Assembly (NCBI GenBank): GCA_951812945.1
Contig: CATOTB010000002.1
Span: 27,238 to 91,237 of the forward strand
Source: Candidatus Dadabacteria bacterium
Lineage (GTDB): Bacteria; Desulfobacterota_D; UBA1144; Nemesobacterales; Nemesobacteraceae
Reading direction: 5' to 3'
DNA: 64,000 nucleotides
Shown piece after piece: positions 1-7,630 of this stretch (the first letter of the stretch is position 1; the number at the start of each line of letters is the position of its first letter). Made by a program: the position numbers and the translations under genes. The notes beneath the pieces are model-generated. The model did not search any database. It saw only the letters and a program-made list of their open reading frames with translations, and was not told the origin of the DNA.

Positions 1-1
1 G

Positions 2-724
2 GCGGAAACCATGAAGCGGCTGACTCTTGAACTCGGCGGAAACGACGCCGGAATCGTTCTTCCGGACGTCGACCCGAAGCAGATCGCCGAAGGGCTTTTC
101 TGGGGCGCGTTCATTAACAGCGGCCAGACCTGCGCGGCGATCAAACGGCTTTACGTGCATGATGACGTGTACGACGAAGTATGCGATGAACTGGTCGCGT
201 TCGCCCGAAAGATGAAGGTTGGCGAAGGTACGAACGAGGATGTCGTTTTGGGTCCGATCCAGAACCGCAAGCAATACGATATCGTGGCCGACCTGGTGCA
301 AAGTGCGGAGTCCAAGGGGCGCGTGTTACTGGGCGGAAATCCCGGAGATATACGGGAAAAAACAGGCAGGAAGGGATATTTTTATCCGCTCACGATCATA
401 GCCGACCTTGAAAACGGAGACCCACTGGTCGACGAGGAGCAGTTCGGCCCCGTTTTACCAATCATCCGCTATCGCCGGATCGAGGAAGCTATCGAGAAGG
501 CAAACGACAACCCCAACGGTCTCGGCGGTTCGATCTGGAGCCGGGACATAGAAAAGGCGAGAGAGATCGCAAACCGGATGGAATGCGGTTCTGTCTGGAT
601 AAATAAGCACGGCATGATCCAGCCCAACGCCCCGTTCGGCGGGGTAAAACGCTCCGGCTTCGGCGTCGAGTTCGCAGAAGAAGGTCTGGTAGAATACACG
701 GATATTCAGGTTGTCTTTTCCTGA
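2..724 (+). CDS. Aldehyde dehydrogenase family protein, C-terminal part (5' end lies outside the window)
   Basis: ORF is open to the window edge. It carries an ELGGND motif, the catalytic-Cys motif GQTCAA and an EEQFGPV motif, all typical of the NAD(P)-dependent ALDH superfamily. Confidence 0.85.
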   Translation, partial: AETMKRLTLELGGNDAGIVLPDVDPKQIAEGLFWGAFINSGQTCAAIKRLYVHDDVYDEVCDELVAFARKMKVGEGTNEDVVLGPIQNRKQYDIVADLVQSAESKGRVLLGGNPGDIREKTGRKGYFYPLTIIADLENGDPLVDEEQFGPVLPIIRYRRIEEAIEKANDNPNGLGGSIWSRDIEKAREIANRMECGSVWINKHGMIQPNAPFGGVKRSGFGVEFAEEGLVEYTDIQVVFS

Positions 725-905
725 GCCGCGTCGGCGGCAATCCGCAGGGTCTCAAGCAACAAGTTCGATTGTCTCCGATACGCTTCCGTTATGAATCCAT
801 CCAGATTTCGGGAACCGTTATCTTGAATCTCGAGTTCCAAGATCCGCCGCTTACAACATGGCGGCTCCCGGAACCCGATTTATGTAGGAAGAGATGATCC
901 TTTTA

Positions 906-1322
906 CTACCATCTATACACCAACTTCATTCCGGTTGCTTCTTTCGCAATAGGTTCTAACCCAAAACCTTGCTCTAACCTTTTGTATGATAAGAGATTGG
1001 AACACACTTCATTATATTTATTTGCCGAACTACGCATATTCATACCCAAACCCATTAAACCGCCTCCAATAACCGCACTTGCAATTCCAACGGTTCTAGG
1101 ATTGTCATATATATCCTCATACGTATCGGGACTGCTTGCCATTACTATTCCACCGGCGGCATTTAGTCCTCCTATTATCATCCAGAACGTACCCCAACCA
1201 GTGCCTTTGGACGGTTCACCTTGGCATTGAGCTAGAGTCGGTTCTGCTGCTTCGACTTCTATTATTCCACTAAAACCAACAACAAAAACAAATACAACAA
1301 GTAAAGATAAAATCCTCCTCAT
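906..1322 (-). CDS. Small secreted/membrane protein with Gly-zipper-like segments (hypothetical)
   Basis: AAGGAGG lies 5 nt upstream of the ATG. N-terminal signal peptide MRRILSLLVVFVFVVGF...VEA-AEP. Gly-rich hydrophobic stretches GGLNAAGGIVMA and VIGGGLMGLGM. The gene sits in an AT-rich patch. Confidence 0.6.
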   Translation of the reverse strand: MRRILSLLVVFVFVVGFSGIIEVEAAEPTLAQCQGEPSKGTGWGTFWMIIGGLNAAGGIVMASSPDTYEDIYDNPRTVGIASAVIGGGLMGLGMNMRSSANKYNEVCSNLLSYKRLEQGFGLEPIAKEATGMKLVYRW

Positions 1323-1504
1323 AACGTCCTCCTTAAAATTTGCATTTCTCTATACAGGCCACCCATATCCCACCCCTGTTTCTGATTTCATATTCGTACA
1401 TATTGTTATTGCAGCTTAGTTTGAATCCGAACTTACTTGGATTGAAAAATGCAAGCTTTCTCATTGCAACACTCACACTATCACAACGCCATCCATTTGA
1501 ACGG

Positions 1505-1593
1505 ACTATCGAAACCAAATTTCCTATAACTCCATCCCTTGAACGGGTGTTTTATTCACGGAGACCCGACAGAGGGGGTTCCTTTCAACTAGT
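1505..1593 (-). promoter_or_regulatory. Conserved structured 5' leader RNA, copy 1 (unclassified cis-regulatory RNA candidate)
   Basis: About 65 nt are near-identical to 35260-35320 in the same orientation relative to the downstream gene. Closing stem is ACUA(G)UUGAAA / UUUCGAUAGU. The element starts a few nt downstream of the predicted -10. Confidence 0.45.
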
Positions 1594-1602
1594 TAGATTG
1601 GC

Positions 1603-1629
1603 ATTCTACCCCCCCCCTTTTTTTGTCAA
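1603..1629 (-). promoter_or_regulatory. Sigma70-like promoter TTGACA-15nt-TAGAAT with a homopolymeric A6G9 spacer
   Basis: Read on the minus strand: TTGACA (1624-1629), spacer AAAAAAGGGGGGGGG (1609-1623), TAGAAT (1603-1608). It lies directly upstream of the conserved leader. Confidence 0.5.
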
Positions 1630-1700
1630 GCTGTTTTTTAATCCGAACTTCATTCAACCAGACGGCATACTGACTAATAAAAGCGGGACGATCCGTAAAT

Positions 1701-1900
1701 TCAACCTGTCATTTGACTGGAAATATTCCCTTTGGTCTAAGGCCTAAATACTTGCAGCAGACTCAGTATCAGCAGGGCATTTTTATGGAAAGATTCGTAG
1801 GCTTCAACAGAAGAGCAACGGGGGTAGTGTCTTCTGTCTACCCATCTAACCTTCTAGATGTTGCACACAACTTTTTCTTCGGTATTGAATGTATCAAGAA
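1701..1900 (-). pseudogene. Degraded IS1595-family transposase remnant (N-terminal Zn-ribbon region with an in-frame stop and internal deletions)
   Basis: The minus-strand translation FLDTFNTEEKVVCNI*KVRWVDRRHYPRCSSVEAYE aligns codon for codon, without gaps, to FLERFNTEEKAVEFFEMLRWKGGTTCPSCGGTDTYP of the intact transposase at 34269. A later fragment KGNISSQ matches KGISSLQ. No DDE domain follows. Confidence 0.6.
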
Positions 1901-1968
1901 ATTAGAAAAGAAAGTCTTTAATCTTTTTGATTGGAATATTCTTTACATCTAAAAATAGCCCAATTTTT

Positions 1969-3627
1969 TCAGTTCGAGTATTTGCGCAAACCCTCCGGAA
2001 CAAACCACTCCCTGGCATCAAGTCCAAGCGGATAAAGCCTTACGTTATGGAACCTTCTGTGCACGGCCACGGTGGATTTTCTCGCGAACAGAAACGTGTA
2101 CGGCTGCTCTTCGTGGAGAATCCTTGAGAACTCCTCGTATTTTTTTATCCGCTCCGGCCGTGAGAACTCCTCCCTCGCCTCTTCAATCAGAACATCCGCG
2201 CGAGGGTTTTTAAAGCCCACGAAATTCGAACCCTCCTCGGCCTGGGAAGAATGCCAGAGCTGGTAGGGGTCGCTTTCCACTCCAAGGCTCCACCCCAGGG
2301 TCACGGCATCGAATTTTCGCTCGGTTATGCTCTGGATAAAAACCGCCCACTCTATTTTTCTTATGCTCATCTCGATGCCGGAGCGGGAAAGCTCCTCCTT
2401 CAGTATAGTCGCTATCTTCTCACCGGTCTCAGAACCGGTGGGAAGCAGAAACTCGAAACGGAAAGAAGTGCCGTCCTTGTCCCTTATTCCGTCGCCGTCG
2501 CTGTCGCGCCACCCCGCCTCGTCAAGAAGCGCCCTCGCCTTCTGCGTGTCGTAGACATACGGTTTTATGTCCTTTGGATATTCGGGACCGTTAACGTAAA
2601 AAGTCGTGGTCACTATCTCTCCGAGACCCAGTAGAATCTCCCTAAGGATGGTCTCCCTGTCGACAAAATGGGTCATCGCGCGTCTCACCCTTTTATCGCT
2701 GAAAAAAGGCTTTCTCGAATTCCACCCTATGTAGTTATAGCCCGGGGTCGTATAGGAGGCCCTGTAGAATTTTTTCCGAAACGGTTTCCCGCAGCTCTGC
2801 TTTGACCACTGAAGCGGAAGAAGACCCGCGAGATCAAGCTCCTGTTTCTTAAGAAGCTGTAGCTTGACGGTGGGATCAAGCACGATCTTGTAGACCACCT
2901 CACTTAGCCACGCGGGCTCGCCCCAGTAATCGGGGTTCCTTCTGACCCTGATCTCCCTTCCGGTTTCCCAGTGCTCAAATACATAGGGCCCGGTCCCGAC
3001 GGGTTTTCTTCCGGCGGGGTTCGTGTTGAAATCCCCCTTCCCGAACATGTGCTTCGGCACTATGGGAATTCCGCCGCAGAACTCAAAGGCGCGGAAGTAC
3101 GGTTTTCCGTACTCGCATCTCACTGTGTGGGAGTCAATCTTGGTATAGGACTTTACGTCCTGGTAGTAGCTTTGGAGATGAGCCGCGGCGACTTTGGGGT
3201 TTCTTATGGATTCATAGGAAAAAACCACGTCATCGGCGGTAAAAGGAGTGCCGTCATGCCATTTAACGTCTTTTCTAAGGTGGAAAACATAGGAAAGCTT
3301 GTCCTCTGAAACTTCCCAGGATTTGGCGAGCAGGGGCTCGAATTCAAGGGTTTCGTTATTCCTTCTTATAAGCGTCTCGTAGATTCCGCCGTTAACGATA
3401 CCCTCGTAAACATCCGTGGCTATGACGGGGTTAAGTGTGGCGGGCTCCTCGCCAAGCTCCCTTATAAGCGAACCTCCGGGAGAAAAAACTTTCGGGTCCG
3501 CGTTGCTCGCAAGGGAAGAATTGTCGTTTTTATTCTGACAGTCCGTGCTTCGGGTGCATCCGGCCAAAAGGAAACCTGCGGATACGACTAAGAACGTGAG
3601 CGCAAAGAGACGCAGAGGTTTGTTCAT
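1969..3627 (-). CDS. ABC transporter substrate-binding lipoprotein, family 5 (peptide/nickel/opine type)
   Basis: 552 aa with a signal peptide and lipobox LLAGC. Overall OppA/DppA-like sequence pattern (WHDG, GTGPY, GWS...DPY). Confidence 0.8.
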   Translation of the reverse strand: MNKPLRLFALTFLVVSAGFLLAGCTRSTDCQNKNDNSSLASNADPKVFSPGGSLIRELGEEPATLNPVIATDVYEGIVNGGIYETLIRRNNETLEFEPLLAKSWEVSEDKLSYVFHLRKDVKWHDGTPFTADDVVFSYESIRNPKVAAAHLQSYYQDVKSYTKIDSHTVRCEYGKPYFRAFEFCGGIPIVPKHMFGKGDFNTNPAGRKPVGTGPYVFEHWETGREIRVRRNPDYWGEPAWLSEVVYKIVLDPTVKLQLLKKQELDLAGLLPLQWSKQSCGKPFRKKFYRASYTTPGYNYIGWNSRKPFFSDKRVRRAMTHFVDRETILREILLGLGEIVTTTFYVNGPEYPKDIKPYVYDTQKARALLDEAGWRDSDGDGIRDKDGTSFRFEFLLPTGSETGEKIATILKEELSRSGIEMSIRKIEWAVFIQSITERKFDAVTLGWSLGVESDPYQLWHSSQAEEGSNFVGFKNPRADVLIEEAREEFSRPERIKKYEEFSRILHEEQPYTFLFARKSTVAVHRRFHNVRLYPLGLDAREWFVPEGLRKYSN

Positions 3628-3663
3628 GAAGTTTTTAAAAAGAGTTTCGGTCCGGGAAACAGC

Positions 3664-4425
3664 TTACGAATCCGTTTTTTCGTCTTTTTTTGCAAAAGCC
3701 GACAACATGTCAATCGGAAGAGGCAGAATGATCGTGGAAGCTCTTTCGGAAGACGCCATATCGTGCATTGTCTGAAGGAACCTGAGCTGGAGAGAGACCG
3801 GGTTTACCGACAGTATTTCAGAGGCTTCAGCAATCTTGGCCGATGCCTGGAACTCCCCTTCGGCGCTTATTACCTTCGCTCTTCTCTCCCTCTCGGCTTC
3901 TGCCTGCTTGGCCATGGCTCTCTGCATTTCCTGCGGAAGATCGACGTACTTAACCTCGACCATGGTAACCTTGATTCCCCAGGAGTCGGTCTGCTTGTCG
4001 AGAACTTCCTGGAGCTTGATGTTAAGTTTTTCCCTCTCCGAGAGAAGTTCATCGAGCTCTACCTGCCCGAGGATGCTCCTCAGGGTTGTCTGGGCAAGCT
4101 GGGAAGTGGCATAGAGATAATTTTCAACCTGAAGGATCGCCCTGTTCGGCTCAACCACCCTGAAATAGACAACCGCGTTTACCTTTACCGAAACGTTATC
4201 CTTGGTTATCACGTCCTGTGGGGGAACGTCCATGGTTACAAGCCTGAGACTGACTCTCACCATCTTCTCGAGAAACGGGATGACGATGATGAATCCGGGA
4301 CCCCTGACTCCGGTTATTCTTCCGAGACGGAAGATTACTCCCCTTTCATATTCAAAGAGGATTTTAAGTCCCGAGATAATGATTAGAAAAGCAACTACAA
4401 CAACTATAATTGCGGTTATTGACAT
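3664..4425 (-). CDS. SPFH/Band 7 (stomatin-like) membrane protein
   Basis: N-terminal TM helix and a PHB-domain pattern ([36 protein letters not shown]). It lies directly downstream of an NfeD gene, the classic pairing. Confidence 0.9.
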   Translation of the reverse strand: MSITAIIVVVVAFLIIISGLKILFEYERGVIFRLGRITGVRGPGFIIVIPFLEKMVRVSLRLVTMDVPPQDVITKDNVSVKVNAVVYFRVVEPNRAILQVENYLYATSQLAQTTLRSILGQVELDELLSEREKLNIKLQEVLDKQTDSWGIKVTMVEVKYVDLPQEMQRAMAKQAEAERERRAKVISAEGEFQASAKIAEASEILSVNPVSLQLRFLQTMHDMASSERASTIILPLPIDMLSAFAKKDEKTDS

Positions 4426-4437
4426 TGTGCGTCACTG

Positions 4438-5808
4438 TTAGCCGTCATAAGCCGAAACTTTGACGACGAGATCTCCTGTGCTCTCTACTACTTTTATTTT
4501 TTCTCCGGGTGAAAACTCTCGCTCGCCCGTCGCTTCCCAATGCTCTCCCCCTATGTAAACCTTTCCGCTTTTCTGAGACCAGGAAACAACTTCCCCCTTC
4601 TGACCTACCATCCCCTCAAAACCGCCCTGAACGGGCGTTTTTAACGATTTTATGCCTAAATATACAATAAAAACCGAAAGCAATCCAATGCTTACGGCCA
4701 CCGCCGCTATGGTTCCTTTGCTCACGCCGAGATCAGATTCCGGCGTATCGAAAAGCAGGAGCCCCCCGAATACAAGACACGCAAGCGCAGCTAGGCTTAA
4801 AAGACCGTAACTCGTCACGTAAACCTCCGATATCAAAAGCGCCGTGGCAACGAAAAGCAGTATGAGGCCCGCGTAATTAAAAGGAAGTATCTGGAGGGAA
4901 ACAAACCCCACAAGCAGGGCGATAAGCCCGGCGACTCCGGGGAAAATCATTCCCGGGTTGTAGAACTCAAGGAATATTCCGAGCGAACCCAGGGAGAGAA
5001 GCAGAAACGCTATGTCGGGGGTGCTGAGAATATTCACCACCTTCTGCCTGAGGCTCATCTCGAGACGCTGCGTCTTTGCCCCTGCGGTCTCAAGGCGGAC
5101 GCTTCGGTCGTTCACTTTTATTTCCCTTCCATCTATCTCGGAAAGAAGAGTAGGAATGTCAGGGGATATAATGTCTATCACCTTTTTTTTAAGCGCCTCA
5201 TCCGCCGTCACCGAAACGCTTTTTCTAACCGACTCGACGGCCCACTTCGCGTTTCTTCCCCTTTCCTTGGCTATGCTTTCCATAAAAGACGACGCGAAAT
5301 TCTCGATTTTCTCGTTCATAACGTCAGAAGACTTATCGTCTTTCTTTTTTTCAGGCTTCCCCGGGCCCCTCTGGCCACCCCCCAGCATCACGGGATGAGC
5401 CGCCCCTATGCTGGTTCCGGGAGACATCGCCGCGACATGTGCGGAGAGCGTGATGAAAACCCCCGCGGAAGTAGCGCTCGCTCCCCTGGGATAGACGTAA
5501 ACGATCACCGGAATTTCGGAATTAAGAAGTTCCTTCACTATGTCCTTAGTGGAATTAAGCAGTCCTCCAGGAGTATCCATCAGGATAAGAAGGGCCGCGG
5601 CGTTCTGGGCACGCGCTTCTAAAAGAGCGGTCTTTATATAGTCGACCGTAGAGGGGTTTATCGAGCCGTTTATCTCGATTTCAACTATCCCTCCCGCCTG
5701 CGGGGAAGGTTCCCCTTCGGCTGTGGAGACCTTGTAACCCACAATCGCAAAAAGAAGCAGAAGAAAGACTGAAGCGCGCAGAAGCAAATTCCCGCCTTGC
5801 TTTGGCAT
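4438..5808 (-). CDS. NfeD-family membrane-bound serine protease (ClpP-class), long form
   Basis: MDTPGGL and SATSAG protease motifs, multiple TM helices and a C-terminal NfeD OB-like domain. The ORF track extends to 5871, but the start at MPKQGG (5808) seems more likely. Confidence 0.85.
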   Translation of the reverse strand: MPKQGGNLLLRASVFLLLLFAIVGYKVSTAEGEPSPQAGGIVEIEINGSINPSTVDYIKTALLEARAQNAAALLILMDTPGGLLNSTKDIVKELLNSEIPVIVYVYPRGASATSAGVFITLSAHVAAMSPGTSIGAAHPVMLGGGQRGPGKPEKKKDDKSSDVMNEKIENFASSFMESIAKERGRNAKWAVESVRKSVSVTADEALKKKVIDIISPDIPTLLSEIDGREIKVNDRSVRLETAGAKTQRLEMSLRQKVVNILSTPDIAFLLLSLGSLGIFLEFYNPGMIFPGVAGLIALLVGFVSLQILPFNYAGLILLFVATALLISEVYVTSYGLLSLAALACLVFGGLLLFDTPESDLGVSKGTIAAVAVSIGLLSVFIVYLGIKSLKTPVQGGFEGMVGQKGEVVSWSQKSGKVYIGGEHWEATGEREFSPGEKIKVVESTGDLVVKVSAYDG

Positions 5809-5960
5809 AACTCTTTTCCCCTTATAATTCCGCGAAAATCTTTGACATTGCCTGAAGAAACAACGTATCATGTTTACCCAATAAATATCTTAACACAGAT
5901 GACTAACCCGCCGGTAATAACGAGGGGTTCCAAGTACGGGCAGGTAAAAACTTACAGTCC

Positions 5961-6578
5961 ATGTCCAAGATAAAATACACAACCAAAGAACTTAAACGTC
6001 CCGACAGATTCAGAGAGTTCCTGGCGGACTCCCTTGAAGGTCTCTCGGAGCACTTCAACAAGATACTCATCGGCATAGGCGTCATAGTCGTGGGCCTGCT
6101 TGGCATATGTTTTGCTTCCTCGCAGCAGGAAGAAAAAGACCTTCTGGCAAACGAGCAGTTCCGCAAGGCCGTTGAAAGCTACAACAGCGGAGAGATGGAA
6201 ACCTCTCTTTCACAGCTGCAGACGCTTCGCGAAGAGCATCCCAAAGCCAATGTGTCTTCTCTGGCCCTTTATCAGATGGGGATGATCAATTACCAGCTCG
6301 GGAACCACGAAGAAGCGATAAAACATCTCGAATTCTTCCTGGACGAAGGTCCTGAAGACGATATTTTCCGCGACGGCGCAAATGTTGTGATCGGCCTGTC
6401 CAACTTCAAGCTCGAGAAATGGGACAAGAGCATAGAGTATTTCTCCGAAGTGGACGGAAACACAAGCCCCTACTACGTCCAGGCGAGAAGGCATCTGAGT
6501 CTCGTGTACGAAAAGACCGGAGAGCCCGAAAAAGCGGAGAAAATCCGCAAAGAAACGCCAAGTGAAACGGTCCGATAA
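5961..6578 (+). CDS. TPR-repeat membrane-anchored protein (YfgM-like)
   Basis: One TM helix (ILIGIGVIVVGLLGICF) followed by TPR-like repeats. Confidence 0.6.
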   Translation: MSKIKYTTKELKRPDRFREFLADSLEGLSEHFNKILIGIGVIVVGLLGICFASSQQEEKDLLANEQFRKAVESYNSGEMETSLSQLQTLREEHPKANVSSLALYQMGMINYQLGNHEEAIKHLEFFLDEGPEDDIFRDGANVVIGLSNFKLEKWDKSIEYFSEVDGNTSPYYVQARRHLSLVYEKTGEPEKAEKIRKETPSETVR

Positions 6579-6640
6579 GCGGATCAGATAGCTTTTTACG
6601 TCGCTTCGCTTTTGTTCTTTAAGGTTCAACCCATGATCCG

Positions 6641-7630
6641 ATGGAACTTTTCCTGTTACTGCTCCTGATAGTCGTATTCATATTGTTTGTGGGATTTCGG
6701 AAGAAATCCGCATCCAAACCGCACGCGGCAAAAACGGAATCCTTGCTGGTTAAGCACAAAGAGCTTTTTGACAACCTGTTCCCTAACCCTCTTACTCAAG
6801 AGCAGAGACTATCCATAGTTGATGATTCCTATCGAACGTTGGTCATAGCCTCGGCCGGTTCGGGGAAGACTACGACGCTTGTAAGCAAATACGCTTTTTT
6901 GCTCGCAGAAGAGCTTGCGGCCCCGAAAGAAATTCTGGTTCTCGCCTTTAACAAGGCTATAGAGCAGGAGCTTTTGGAAAAGATAAAAAAACTCATCCCG
7001 GGTAGCGGGAATCCTGAAGTTTACACCTTTCACGGGTTCGGTCTTGAGTTGTTAAATAAGGCGGAAGGAAGAAAAAAAGTGGATATTCTCGCGGAATCCT
7101 CTTCTGACGGTCTCCTAGATACGGCAAACGTGCTTGGGATAATCGAGATGGCGAAGAACAGATACCCGAAGATTGAGGAGCGGATTTCAGAGTTCAGAGC
7201 CGAGTGTCCGTTCCATCAGATAGAGGAATTTGCCCGGAACGAGAGGGAATACAACGAGGCTGTCACAAGCTACCCCTATAAAAGGGAATTGTTCCGAGCA
7301 GGCGGGGAATTCAGACCGCGGCGCATTCCAAGTCTTGATACGAGGTACTGGGTGAGATCTCAGCAGGAGCTTACGATCCTAAACAGCCTCGTAATGAAAG
7401 GAGTGAAAGTGGAGTACGAAAGGCCACATCCAGACGGGGAGATAACCCCGGATTTCTATTACCCGGAAATAGATCTTTGGCACGAGCACTTCGCAATTAA
7501 CAGAAACGGCAACTCGCCCTTTCCGGGCTATGTCGAAACATTCCAGAAAAAAAAAAGAATTCTACCAAAAGCAGGGCAGGGACTTTCTTTTCACTTACAG
7601 CTACGAGTATTACGAAGGCACCGTACTTGA
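6641..7630 (+). CDS. SF1 UvrD/REP (helicase IV-like) helicase, N-terminal fragment (frameshifted)
   Basis: N-terminal TM helix, Walker A ASAGSGKTTT and LVLAFN. Nuclease-like block ITPDFYYPEIDLWHEHFAINRNG. The frame is lost in the A10 run at 7547-7556. Confidence 0.8.
   Translation: MELFLLLLLIVVFILFVGFRKKSASKPHAAKTESLLVKHKELFDNLFPNPLTQEQRLSIVDDSYRTLVIASAGSGKTTTLVSKYAFLLAEELAAPKEILVLAFNKAIEQELLEKIKKLIPGSGNPEVYTFHGFGLELLNKAEGRKKVDILAESSSDGLLDTANVLGIIEMAKNRYPKIEERISEFRAECPFHQIEEFARNEREYNEAVTSYPYKRELFRAGGEFRPRRIPSLDTRYWVRSQQELTILNSLVMKGVKVEYERPHPDGEITPDFYYPEIDLWHEHFAINRNGNSPFPGYVETFQKKKRILPKAGQGLSFHLQLRVLRRHRT

Noticed and set aside
1333-1747. ORF-track entries 1340-1747 (+) and 1333-1518 (-) in the AT-rich patch.
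   Set aside because: They have no SD, low-complexity translations and overlap with the predicted promoter and leader. They are best explained as non-coding 5' UTR.
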